Assembly: GCF_001194135.2 (NCBI RefSeq)
Contig: NC_068982.1
Span: 104,405,411 to 104,460,707, forward strand
Direction: 5' to 3'
Length of the DNA stretch: 55,297 bases
Source: Octopus bimaculoides
Lineage: Eukaryota
In this document: positions 25,829 through 38,499 of the stretch, piece by piece
How positions within the stretch are numbered: position 1 is the stretch's first letter
Layout: each line of letters begins with the position of its first letter
The notes under the pieces: generated by a model
Told to the model about the DNA's origin: nothing
Database searches by the model: none
What the model saw: only the letters and a program-made list of their open reading frames with translations
Translations under genes and position numbers: made by a program

Positions 25829-27230
25829 ACATTTCAAAATTTGTTAATGCTAATTCATTCTTCATGTTCCTCTTCTGTGCATTGGGAGGCCATTTCAACT
25901 TCAATGTCAAATTTTCAAATTTAATGTTTTTTCAATGACATATTTAATAGTTTCATAGATATTGATTTCCGGTTAAATTATGAATAAAGTAACTGAATTA
26001 GAAGAAAAAAAATTCCAACATAAAAGGGTGAAAAAATTTTTTGAAAATAAAATCAACTGGTTGTTAATTGCTTAAGAGATTTCTAATATTGTGAACTTCT
26101 ATTCACTTTTTACAAGTGTGGTAAAAATTAACTTTCATAAAGTAGTTCTTAAAACTTTTGACTTTGGTTTGTTCCAAGAAATTTGGAAGTCTTTTTCAGA
26201 GTAGCTACAAATCATGTCAGAAAATATTTTAGTGGCTAGCTGAAAATCATTTTGGAATCAAATTCTATCAGTTGAAGAAATAAATCTTCTAATTTTTACT
26301 TCCAGCTCTAAGCTGTTGAATTGTCTGAATTTTATATATCTGAGTGGAGAAAGTATTTTCTGTTGTATTTGCTTAGATTTCCTTTCTTAGTACACTCCTA
26401 ACCTGGTACACACTTAGTACATTTAACCAGTATCTTTTCACTTTGGCAAACTGTCATTTTCCCATTATATAACTGAGGAGCTTGCCAGTGTTTAGCCTTG
26501 CAAATAAAGCTCTGATATATGATAATTGCAACAACATAAATGGTTTGTAATAAGTTTCATTTCTGCTATGAATTAAAAATGTTTATAGAATGAAAGCATC
26601 CTGACTACCATTATTATAATCAGTTTTATATTATATCCCTTTTTCTGTAATGGCATTGATTGTAAATAGTTATAGTCACTCTTTTCCCACATGTATTTAT
26701 CCTTCAGTTATGTTTTCTGTATTATTATTTAGCTCAACTTTTCCACTTCTCTCTTCTCATGACAATGGTTATTTCTCTGGCATTCACTCGTTAATGCTTA
26801 TCATACCATTTATTCATTTACAGAACAAATTACAGTCGAAAAGTGACAATCTTTCATTTCACATTATACAACCAGTATATCAACTCATTTTAATTCTTGT
26901 TAACCTTTGAAAACTTTTATGCTTCACTGCTACAAACAATACCCTTGTGTAGAGTGTATCATATAGCATATATATCATAGTATCAGTTTTTCCATCATCA
27001 AAGAGAACAGTTTCTCAATATTTCTTTTATCTACATCTAATTGTTATAGTATTATTTTACTAAACTTCAGCTTAAAGAAAAATGGCATAAATAATAATAT
27101 ATTTGGAAACTTCAGTTCTTTGTACCCAAATTCTGACCCTTTCTTAAATGCTTAAATTTAAGTCTGTAAAATATTTTTGTTAAACGACTAGAAAATTTCC
27201 AAAATCTGAAAAATATATTCTTTAAAATAA

Positions 27231-27638
27231 AGGCATGAGCATAGCTGTATGGTTAAGAAGCTCATTTTGCAACCATGTGGTTTTGGGTTCAGTCCCGCTG
27301 CACAGTACCTTGAACAAATGTCTTCTACTATAGCCCAGGGTTAACCAATATATTGTGAGTAAATTTGGTTGACAAAAATCTGTTTTGTGTCTGTGTATGC
27401 ACATGTGTGTGTGTGTGTACACGTGTGTGTTTGTTTTGTATTTGTGTTTGTCCCACCACCACCATTTGACAACCAGTTGGTTTGTTTATGTCCCTATAAA
27501 TGAGTGATTTAGCAAAAGGGACTGAAAGAAGAAGTACAAGATTTGAAAAGAGTACTAATATTGATTTGTCCAACTTAACTCTTCAAGGCTATCCCTTGCA
27601 TGGCTACAGTCCAATGGCTGAAACAAGTAAAAGAAAGA
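27231..27638 (+). mobile_element. SINE family A copy, near full length
   Basis: Head GCTGTATGGTTAAGAAGC..GGGTTCAGTCCCGCTG, internal (TG)n, and tail GCATGGCTACAGTCCAATGGCTGAAACAAGTAAAAG. Confidence 0.78.
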
Positions 27639-28589
27639 TATATGACTTTGTATTATTATTTTTACCATAGGAGATTGAGATGGGTGCTAACCATTGAAGT
27701 TAAACTCCTGAAAGCAAATACTGTTTTGTGTATATTGAAAGAGAATTTTTTGCTGAAAGAACATTTAATTTACAACCTCTCTTCTCAAAAAGTCGTTTGG
27801 GAATGTTTAGAAGGTTATTTCCTTAATAGAACATGATTAAGGAAATCACTTGTATATATGTGAGAGTAAAAGAGATAATAGCACTCATATTAACTATCAC
27901 AGCTATTCATTTTCTAAATGTCAAATGTAATCAAATGATATCTGAAGTCTTAAATCTTTCAAAATAACCAAAGATAAGTAGTAAATAAACTGCTGCAGTA
28001 AATTTATAATCTTTTATGAGAAACTTTACTTTGAAAGGCATTTTATGTAGTGTGAATGGTAGATTAGAGTCACACTAGTTGTGAAAATAAGACCTTCCTA
28101 ATTTATTTTTAAAGTCTCAAAATAACAGTGATAATGCATATACAAATGCATTATCCAATGTGTCCTTCCTTATTTAAAGATGTTAGACTATAATATGAAA
28201 AAGATTTGGGTGTTATTTTTGGTAGGTTGAGTAACCACATAGCGGTTTCATCACCCAAAGTTAATAAAAACAGTGATTGTTCATAACTATTTTCCTTGCC
28301 TTTCAACAGTGCAGTCAGTAGAACAGTAATTGGCAAGGTCAAGAAGATTACCTTTCTTGGGAAGGGGATATACTACTGCATGTTTTCAAAGTTTAGGATA
28401 AGCCCTTATAAAGAGAAAAAAGTAATAAAGTTTTGCAAGAACAAAAGCTATCCCTGCCGCACACAGTTTGAAGGTAACAGAGGGAATACCATTAGAACTG
28501 GTTGCCTCATTGGTCTGAAGGAATTTCTTACACACATATATATATGTGTGTGTGTAATGTGGTGTGTGTGTAATGTGGTGTGTGTGTAA

Positions 28590-28903
28590 NNNNNNNNNNN
28601 NNNNNNNNNNNNNNNNNNNNNNNNNNNNNNNNNNNNNNNNNNNNNNNNNNNNNNNNNNNNNNNNNNNNNNNNNNNNNNNNNNNNNNNNNNNNNNNNNNNN
28701 NNNNNNNNNNNNNNNNNNNNNNNNNNNNNNNNNNNNNNNNNNNNNNNNNNNNNNNNNNNNNNNNNNNNNNNNNNNNNNNNNNNNNNNNNNNNNNNNNNNN
28801 NNNNNNNNNNNNNNNNNNNNNNNNNNNNNNNNNNNNNNNNNNNNNNNNNNNNNNNNNNNNNNNNNNNNNNNNNNNNNNNNNNNNNNNNNNNNNNNNNNNN
28901 NNN
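28590..28903. other. Assembly gap (largest of six)
   Basis: N-runs at 15093-15161, 24464-24577, 28590-28903, 30361-30449, 48131-48185 and 51567-51749, all flanked by simple repeats. Confidence 0.99.
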
Positions 28904-28948
<45 letters not shown>

Positions 28949-29663
28949 GCATACATATAGGTGTGTGTGTATATATACACATATATATATGTAGGTATGT
29001 AAAAAGCACCCATGCCAGACCATATGAAAACACCCATACTAGTTCACGTAAAAAGCACCCAGCACACTCTGTAAAACAGTTGGCATTAGGAAGGGCATCC
29101 AACCATAGAAATCCAGCCAAATCAGACTGAAACCTGGTACAGCTCTCCAGCTTGACAGCTCTCGTCTAGCCGTCCAATTCATGCCCACATGGAAAACGGA
29201 TATCAAATGATGGTAATATATATAATATGTATGTATATAAGTGTTTACCTTTCATTCACTCATGTAAATCAGCAAAGGATATAAACATCAGCAAGAAAAT
29301 TACAAAACCACTACCCTTCAAGTGAAGTTCTTTTGCAATATTTGTTCATCTCGTGTCACGCTTTCCATCAGGTGTATGTAACTAATGATACTATTGTTCA
29401 CTAAATAACCACTCCACTCTCATTACTACCTTTTGAAAAAGTGTGAATATCACAACACACCATTTACTTCTCTCTCCTAAACTGAGGTATCACACTTAAG
29501 AACTAGTTCTATAAGGAAAGAAGCTACTTCATAGGATTACATATAGCACAGCTACCTACTAAACTTGTTGAATTTCAGTTTTTAGATATTTCTGTATGTA
29601 TGGAAGATAGCTAGAGATGGCATACTATCATATAACAGGCTGTCAGTTTCCTTCTTAAATTAT

Positions 29664-29718
<55 letters not shown>

Positions 29719-32126
29719 ATTATCTGCATCTTTTTATTTATTTATTTATTTATTATTTTTTCTATTTCCTTTGGCCAACTCAGCTCAAAATAGATGTTAA
29801 TCTTATTTCATAGCTGAATGGTTAGTAGTAACAAAAGCATCCAGTTGAAAAATACAAATACGAAAAAAAAAAATGCATTTTCTGCAACACATTAAATGCA
29901 AATATTAAAATATACAAAATCCTTCTTACCCTAGTTAAGATAGTTTCTTTATTCCTTTTTAGAAAAAAAAAGAGGGATGTAAAAACTTCTTTTTTTTTTC
30001 ATTTCAAGAATGAAAACATCATTATTTTGTGCAATATTTAGAAAACCAATATTATTCATTTTGTTTATACATACATACACACATACATGCATCCATACAT
30101 ACAAACACACATTCTTTTATTCTTTTATGTGTTTCAGTCCAAAGGCTGTGGCCATACTGGGGCACTGCTAGTGTTATCACTTTTTCAATGGCTATTCTTA
30201 TGCAATTGGCTTTTGGAGAAGGTGGGAGTTCCATATTGCTGCTCTCTTTTCAGTTTCTTGCTGTGATGTAGGTTCATCTGGGGCCTTGGACACCAGGAAG
30301 TCAATTTGTTTCTTGAAAGCATCTACCTTATGTATGTACGTATGTATGTATGTATGTATGNNNNNNNNNNNNNNNNNNNNNNNNNNNNNNNNNNNNNNNN
30401 NNNNNNNNNNNNNNNNNNNNNNNNNNNNNNNNNNNNNNNNNNNNNNNNNGTTTCTTGAAAGCATCTACCTTATGTATGTACGTATGTATGTATGTATGTA
30501 TGTATGTATGTACGTACACACACGTGTGTTTTGTGCAGAAGTAATGAAAATAGAGCACAGAGAGAAGGTAGAAGAATAAACAGATAGTATTATGTTGAGA
30601 CCCAGGAAAATAGAAAAAGAAGGAAATGTCTAATGTTTCAAGTATACACTCTTCTTCTGACAGATAGGATAGAGATGGAAAAGAAAGGAAAAGAAAAATT
30701 TGAAAAATAGATACACACATGTAACCAACCATCATGATGTGGTGAAAAATTGGAAGTAGTTGAGCAGTCGCTTTAGGTGTGAGTGTCAAGGGCTACAACT
30801 GTGACCTGACATGTATGCATGTGTGCTTATTTGCTTGTTTATTTGTATGTGCGTGTGTGTGCTTGTTTGTTTGTGTGTGTGTGAGGCTGTTGTGTGCATT
30901 TATACTGGATAAGCATGTTTATGTGAAAACTGGGGACATTAATGTGTGTTGGGGGTTAGGAAGTGTAGATGTGTCATCATTTTCTGGCTACTATATATAT
31001 ATATGTGTGTGCATATGGATGGCATGTGAAACTAATTGAAGTATATGTGCTAGTGTATGTGCATATTTTTAAGTGTATATGTGGCTTCAATGTGTATGTG
31101 TACTCTGTTTAAATGTTTGTGTGGATGGTGTTGGGTATTTTGCTTATAAGAGTGGTGTAGAGATGTAAGGAATTTTGAATACGGGGACTGTGGGAAAGCA
31201 TGAAATGGGTAGTGTGTATATGAAGTGGTAAAAAAAGTGAAGTTAAACAAACAAGGGGTTGAAAATTAAAACTGTTGGAGATCAAAGTTTAAAAAAGAAA
31301 AAACTAATTCCTGCTCCAGATGGAGACAGAACCCAGGAGGCCTTTATACACTACCAGTTTGAGCACACAGATATTGAAAGGAATGCCAAGCCAAGTGAAG
31401 TGGAGCAAGACTGGAGTTTCATTCCAGAGTCTTTTAACCTATAAGTGTTAAGCAAACATATATACATATATGTATATCATCATCATCATAATTTAGCATC
31501 CATCTTCCATGCTGACATGAGCAGGACAGCTTGACATGATTCAAAATGCTGGAGGACAACATTGAGCTCCAATATCTGTTTTAGCATGGCTTCTGTGGCT
31601 GGATGCCCTTCCCACTGCCAACCACTTTACAGAGTACACTGGGTGGTATTTTTTTCATGATACTAGCATTTGTGAGATTACCAAGTAACTTGTAAGACAT
31701 AGAAAAGATCCGTTGTCTGAGTGGGGTAGTAGTTGAGAGGGAGGTGGCCTTATGCCAGGTTTTGAGAAGCTAAAGTATGATAGAGGGACAGGCATAGGAG
31801 ATACACAGCTACACCACAATATATACAGGTGGAGGGAAGTAGCTAGAAGGAAGATAAAAATGGTTGTGATGAGGTGTCATAAAGTATCAGTGGCATGATG
31901 AACTGTACTCGGTCCACATTGTAAGACATACATAACACCAAAGTCAGACACTCTCTGTTACTGTGTGTGCAAGATGACATAGTCCATGACAATGTCTCCA
32001 ACCTATTCCAGCTTGCAAAAATGGATGAAAGAACTAGAAATTTGTACATTTCTTTTCCACCATGTGATAAAAAAAAATGATATATATATTTGTCTATATT
32101 CTTTTATACTATGTTTTATTTTATAG

Positions 32127-32285
32127 GTTATGTTTCACGAAACTGAAACTCTTGTTGTTAGCTATTGAAGCACGTCTTGGTGATAGCAGAGAAAGTTCTC
32201 TTGCAATTAACCCAGGACCCAAAATCAAAATAGAAAGAGCAACTCAAGGATTCTTCATTGCAGAATCTGCTGAAGAAGTTAAAAG
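32127..32285 (+). CDS. slo: Slo1/BK exon, RCK1 C-lobe ([52 protein letters not shown]|R)
   Basis: Acceptor ttttatAG and donor AAG|GTattt; 159 nt, phase 2-2. Contains LCF.KLKLL..AIE, INPG and GFFIA...EEVKR. Confidence 0.97.
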
Positions 32286-32476
32286 GTATTTTCTTTTGCA
32301 GTATTGGTATATGTATCTCTCTAATAATCCTCATCTATATAATCATCTTCCATAAACAATCCACATGTGTCACTCATTACACTGCAACATCACACTTTTT
32401 ACATATAATCTTTTGCATGAAGAAAAATTTCCCAGCCATTACCAGCAGAAATAACAGTTCCCATCCTATATTTAAA

Positions 32477-33850
32477 CATCATCGTCCTTCTCATCACTTT
32501 TATGTCCATTTTTCTATGCTTGTATAGGTTGGACAGCTTTCCTCCAACATAGCATCCCATCACTTATTACATTTCCTTGTCATTTCATTTGTGAGTTCCA
32601 GCTTCCTGAGTTCGACCTTCATTGATTTTGCCCATGTCTTCCTCTTCTATTGAATCCTTCCACATGAATCTCCTGACACTTTTTCACCCACTTGTCATGA
32701 TCCATATGCATTATATCTCCATATCAATATAACTGTTACTCATGCAGACTACGGTTGATTCCTTTTATACCCAATTTTTCTCTCAGATTATCTATGCTTT
32801 GTCATTTATGCACAGTAATTATACATATCAAGCAGATCGTATTCACCTCATTTCTTTACAGCCATTGCACATCTTTTGCATTCACTACCATGCAACGTCA
32901 CAGTGTGTACACAGACATCATACAATCTACCATTCACCCAGAAAACAAATCCCTTTTTTGTTAGCAGAAGTAATAGCTCCCTGGATTTATTCCAGTCTAT
33001 TCTAATTCTGGCCACTATGCTTTCAGAACACCCTCCCCAACTGCTGATTAGATCACTTATGTAAAAGAAGCTATCAATTACTTCTATAGAGCCTTCTGTG
33101 CATTACAAGGAATTTATTTTACTGATTCGCTAAGGCCTCTCTACTTCTGTATTTCTACCACAAGCAAAGTCTCTATTCTCTGTCAGCCTGTCTTTGATTC
33201 CACTACACTTCTTATGCACCTATAGATCACATATCTCTATCCCTACTTGAGGTATTTTCAGAATACTACATTGACCAACTGCTTTTTTCAGACTTCATAT
33301 GCTTAGTAGGCATTTTGACCACATAACTATCTATCTCAGTAGCTTCCTTCTACATTTTTTTCATTTTAAACAAGCTCTCATAGTGAGTCTATCAGATCTC
33401 TCTCTTCTCATCACTCAAGGAAACTGCACTACTATTATTTTGGGCACACTTTTCCCCCTGTGACATTTTGGTTTGCTTTGACATACTGCCTTGTAATTTG
33501 GAACACATCATGCCTCTAATCCTTCCAGCACTAAACCTTCTTTTTCAGCTACTCTCCATGCTATATACACTTGTTATCTAGCTTCTCTTCTAGTAAAATG
33601 GTATTCCTCTTTGGTCCCCAATCTCTTTCAGACTTGTCTTTTAGCTTTTAAGGTTCTATTTACAGTGTTATTCCACTAGCATGCTACTTTTTGTTTTACT
33701 GGTGCTTTGCTCCAACCAGAGATCTGGTCAGTAGCTTTCAGCAAATTATCCCATAGAAACTGCCACTTGTCCTCCAAGTTATAAGTCTCTATCATGTCCT
33801 TTTTGTCATATATATCATCTAGGATCCATGACCCTATGCAGGGACTCCAT
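32477..33850 (-). mobile_element. Degenerate, internally deleted RTE-clade LINE
   Basis: Minus-strand remnants read IETYNLEDKWQFLWDNLLKATDQISGWSKAPVKQKVAC*WNNTV, VHKKCSGIKDRLT and YGDIMHMDHDKWVKKCQEIHVEGFNRRGR..TW. These are followed by a short 3' UTR ending GATGATG. Multiple stops and frameshifts. Confidence 0.75.
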
Positions 33851-34341
33851 AACTATTGGGAAGTAAGGAGAAAATTATTTTCAGACTGGTGACTGGCCCA
33901 AGTGCTGGCCAGCAGGAACTCTACTGAAGGTACCCAAGGGTCAAGTAATAATGCTAAAGTGGATGATGGATTAAGACTCTCACCTGAGATGGAACAGTTC
34001 TGCTGGCAGGGTTCCTCCCAGTTTCCATCTACCAAACTTCTTCCTTCCCAAGGCATTGTTTGATCAAAGACAATGGTAGAAGGCATTTGCCTATGATGTT
34101 AATCAATAGAGTCAACTGTATATTCATGTAGCTTCAAAGTAAATTTATTAACCACACAGCCATGCATATTTCCATTTAGTTCCAAGTTATTATTCTCTGC
34201 TATACCAATTAAAACATTTTTTCCAACCTCTCACCCATGAAATTTTCATTTCCATTTCATAATTTAGAAAATCTTGAATTTTAATTAAGGCTTCTTTTAT
34301 TTTAGTATATTTATATATATATTTCATTGTTGCTGTTATAG

Positions 34342-34418
34342 GGCTTTCTATTATTGCAAGACTTGCCATGGAGTTGTGACAGATGTTCGAGCAATTAAAA
34401 AATGTCGATGTCGACCAG
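34342..34418 (+). CDS. slo: Slo1/BK exon, end of RCK1 with CxxCH heme motif ([25 protein letters not shown])
   Basis: Acceptor gctgttatAG and donor CAG|GTaggg; 77 nt, phase 2-1. Matches human [26 protein letters not shown]. Confidence 0.96.
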
Positions 34419-35065
34419 GTAGGGATGTTGTTTTAATTTGCATGTGTCATTATTAATTTCAACATTGTACTAGAAATGAAGAGACAAGTTTGTAAGCTGA
34501 AAGGAATTTGAAATATCATTAATTGTTGTGAATCATAAAGTACATGGTGAAGAAGATACAAATGTACAATATTTTATTTTGAGGTTATCAATATGATTTT
34601 GTTTGTTTTGAGGTTTGGTATATAAATATATATACGACATACTTCAGTATAATATATTTTTCATATTTTTTGTTATCAATGTGTTTAAATATCTACTGTA
34701 GACCTCCCACAAGGAGAATGTTTTTAAAACGCATAAGTCTCAACTATAAAAATGTTTCAGTTAATCATTGTTTAAAATGCACTTCCATTTTTGTAATTAA
34801 TATAAAAAGCTATAGTGGTATTTCATCAACCACACTGCATTAGACCTTGATCAAAATAAACTCTCATTGTTTTTATTTAGAGAAATAGAGGGAATTATTA
34901 AGTTGTGATATTCCCATCCCCGTTCACATGTTATGCAGTTAAATAACCAGATTTCTTGAAAGTAGATACTTCATTTAATATTACCATAAAACATGTTTAA
35001 CAGTTACACTTAAGACTACATCTCCAATTATAACACCATATAATTTCTGAGTATTGTAATTGAAT

Positions 35066-35392
35066 AGGCCCATGGCTCAGTGGTTAGAGCATCAGTCTCA
35101 CAATCATGATGCTGTGAGTTTGATTCCCAGACTGGGCTGTATGTTGTATTCTTGAACAAGACATTTTGTCATGGTGCTCCAGTTTACTCAGCTGTAGAAA
35201 TGAGTTGCAACATCATTGGTGCCAAGCCGTATTGAACTTTGCCTTGGATAACATTGGTGACATGGAGATGGGAGGCTGGTATGCATGGGTGATTGCTGGT
35301 CTTTCATAAACAACCTTGCCCAGACTTGTGCCTCAGAGGGGAACTTTGTATGTGCAATCCCATTGTCATTCATAACGAAAAGGGTCTTTACC
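35066..35392 (+). mobile_element. tRNA-derived SINE family C copy
   Basis: TGGCTCAGTGGTTAGAGC A box, GAGTTTGATTCCC B box, then TTCTTGAACAAGACA...TGCTCCAGTTTACTCAGCTGTAGAAATGAG, shared with the 19960 copy. Confidence 0.7.
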
Positions 35393-36939
35393 CATTTTCA
35401 TTATAACTGAAGTGTGCACATTTAAAGATAATTAATGCTTTATTTAGACACATTGTATCCATTAAAGAATGTTACAGTGTCACTTGTTAAACATTAAAAA
35501 GAATAAACTAAAGAATATCCAATTGGAATAAACTCCAGTACCTTTGGTGGATTCAGTACTTTATAGAATCCAAATAGTAGAACCATGTAACTGCTTAAGA
35601 ATCAATGCAACCAATTTTTTTTCTGATATAATACAAAGCAATTGTAAAATAATTTCCATCTTTTTGGCCATTTTATTCACTATTGAAATACCCTTGTGAC
35701 TAAGTTCTTAAAAACTGTTGTTAATCTGAATCTATAAGCTGTCACCATCCCTTTCACCCCAATTTGTTGTTCTTGACCAGTACAATCTGGATTGCAATGG
35801 AATACATTATTTTTTTTTTTTTTTTGACCCTTTTTAAAAAGAAGTCTTGAAAATGTATTAGTAGTGAGAAATATTCTTTGTTTTGTTTGTTTTTGTTTTT
35901 AACTTTTTATGATATCTACCAATATTCTTTCATTTCTTTTGTAATATCATTTCTGCAGCAACACTATCCAATACTGTATGGCACTATTTTCACTTTAGGT
36001 TATAAGAACTGTCTGAGCAAGTTATGCCACTTCTTTACAAACTTCATACATTTCAAACAGTACTGTTTTCTTGAATGTTTTCATAAATTTCTCTAATATT
36101 ATACTACTTCTTTAAGTAAACATTAAATCTTCACTAAATATCTCATTCATTTTCACTGAAACAAAACATACTTTTCTTTTCTTTTTTTTCTTTTGTTACC
36201 AAAATTCATTATTTCCAAACCTTTCGTGTGAAACTATCTACATACAATATGATAATGATAACAAATGCCTCCACTCAATTTTTTCAGTAGAAAATCATGT
36301 AAATTTTACAGTATAAACTCAAACATGTTTTAATAAACTACATAATAAGTTAAGTAAATATTTTAAGTTTATAAAAACACTTTCATATACTGAACTAAAT
36401 AGTTTAACATTTTCATTTTCAAGTAGAATTAAGACTTTTTTGTGTTATGCTTATTGATTCCATGTGTTTTATCTAATATTAAGAAAAATCTTTTTCCTTT
36501 CTTTCTCAAACATTAACAATTTTTATTTGTTGCAAATATGAAAAGTTTTATCATCAAAAACAACAGCTATTTTAGTTCATCTTCTCACCTAATGCTAACT
36601 TATTCCATGGTGCAATAATGGCAGCAGAATACAAAAAACTTACAAATAGGAAGAATTATTCCTAGTGAAAAATATATTGTACTAGCAACGAGACTGAAAT
36701 CTTTCAACTGCATTATCTAGAAATGAATTGTATAAGCCATATCAATGAAAAACCCTAAATATTGAGAGAAAGCAAGAAGCATTTAAATGTTTATCTTCAT
36801 TAATCATATGGCAAATAACAAATTCATATTATCAAATTAAAACAAAAATTAGAGATAATTCAACATGAAATTGTCTATATATTTGGAACTAGTATGCAAT
36901 TTATTATAGATAGTCTAGTTGTATGAACTAGATAACCAG

Positions 36940-37165
36940 ACTTGTGCCAATGAGTAAACCTTTTACATGGTTGCTTATTCTGCTAGAAATAGTAACCAAA
37001 TTGCCAAACATCATTTTCTAGCCTGAAAAAAAAAAGACGAGCGTATTGGACAATGTTGGATAATGTAGACTTAGATATGCAATAAACCAGACTGGTTACT
37101 ACTGGAACATATTTGGCCATAGGTTTGTCTAGTCTGTGATCACCTAAAGCTAAACAACAACAAAA
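36940..37165 (+). mobile_element. Dispersed repeat with (CAA)n tail (SINE-like family D)
   Basis: The 3' end ACTGGAACA..CATAGG...CTAAACAACAACAA is shared with about 570-685(+), 50860-50910(-) and 52200-52300(-). Confidence 0.5.
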
Positions 37166-38443
37166 AATGACCAGTCCTTAATAAGTATATACATATGTAT
37201 ATAATATCATTCATGTTGACCACATTGGTCAACAAAACTGCTGAAACATAAAAATTAGAATTATGCTATTCCTCTCCAGGGACAGAATATATTTCAGTTC
37301 TAGCCTGCTGCTGAATTTATATGAAGCACAAATATCCACTACCCTGGAATATGACTCAAATATATGAATGATGCTCCTTACCATATACACACATATCAGC
37401 CAATGAACAGGCTCTCTATGTGATCACTCAACATGCTTGAAATGGCAGTTAAATATTATTCAAATCACACCCTGCTGACCTACAGAAGATAAAGACAATG
37501 TCATCTTAGATGCCTTGAAACAGTTGGATTGGTCATGGCTTGCATGCCTTTGATTATAGGTCTGCTTAATTGGGGTGACATGGAATTAAATAACAATATA
37601 CACATTCTAGATTGCATACTTCTCTACATGAAAGCTATCTATTTTATAGATAAGACTTCACTCATGAGTGCTCTACAACATCTAACTCCATTATCATTCT
37701 TCTGCAGTTGCAATGCAAAAGTTTCTACTCTGCATATACAATGCCCTTAACTTGACCATCAGAACAGATTACTAGTCCTTTAACTTCATCTATCTCCAAC
37801 CATCACCACAGAAGAGCATTGTTGATACTCAGACTAAGAATTAGAAACATACAAATATATGTCTGCATGGGTGTGTGTGCATACACACCTCACACCTATA
37901 GATAAATATCTATATACATATATATTCATATATAGATACATATAAATAGCACAGTATTCACTTGATAGTAATTATAGAAGACAAAGTAAATTAATCATAA
38001 TGTGTATATCATTGTGACACTGACTAGCTATGTCATAAAATTTAACAACCAGAATAACAAGCAAATCAATAAAATACCATAAACTTCTATGTATAACCCT
38101 TCATCATATTTTATTGCTGCTAGCTATTCATTGCAAATTTATCTTTTCTCAGCTTCTTCTCATACTGTTTCCATTATAACATAACAAAAAAATATTCTTT
38201 TACTTACAGCATGCCTTTTTTTAACATTTCATATATTCAAATGGTGTTTTAAATATCTCATAAATCCATCAGTTTCATTAACTCATCTTCATATATATAT
38301 TTTTTTATTTTCCTATTAATATAGTATAACTTAATTTCCTGATTCTATTAACCAACTGAAGTCCCAGACTTGAACAATTATGGAGTATTGATTAAGATAA
38401 CCATACTTATTATTGTTTTCAAATTTCTTTTTCCCTCTCACAG

Positions 38444-38479
38444 TTGCATTATTCCGAAAAGGAGCATCCGCAGTTCTAG
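38444..38479 (+). CDS. slo: Slo1/BK 36-nt linker mini-exon (V-ALFRKGASAVL), phase 1-1
   Basis: Strong acceptor ttctttttccctctcacAG and donor TAG|GTagag; in frame with no stops. The peptide resembles the recalled invertebrate linker segments (fly LATFRKGVRAV, Aplysia LAMFKKGAAAVL). Confidence 0.85.
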   Translation: MHYSEKEHPQF

Positions 38480-38499
38480 GTAGAGTGTAATATTATCTT

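Noticed and set aside
28386-29130. Long ORFs in the track (up to 244 aa) and similar YIYI/HTHT/ERER ORFs elsewhere
   Set aside because: They are translations of dinucleotide repeats and N-gaps, not genes.
30308-30510. Identical GTTTCTTGAAAGCATCTACCTTATGTATGTACG on both sides of the gap 30361-30449
   Set aside because: Typical scaffolding artefact (overlapping contig ends at a (TATG)n tract), not a real duplication; the gap is probably spurious.
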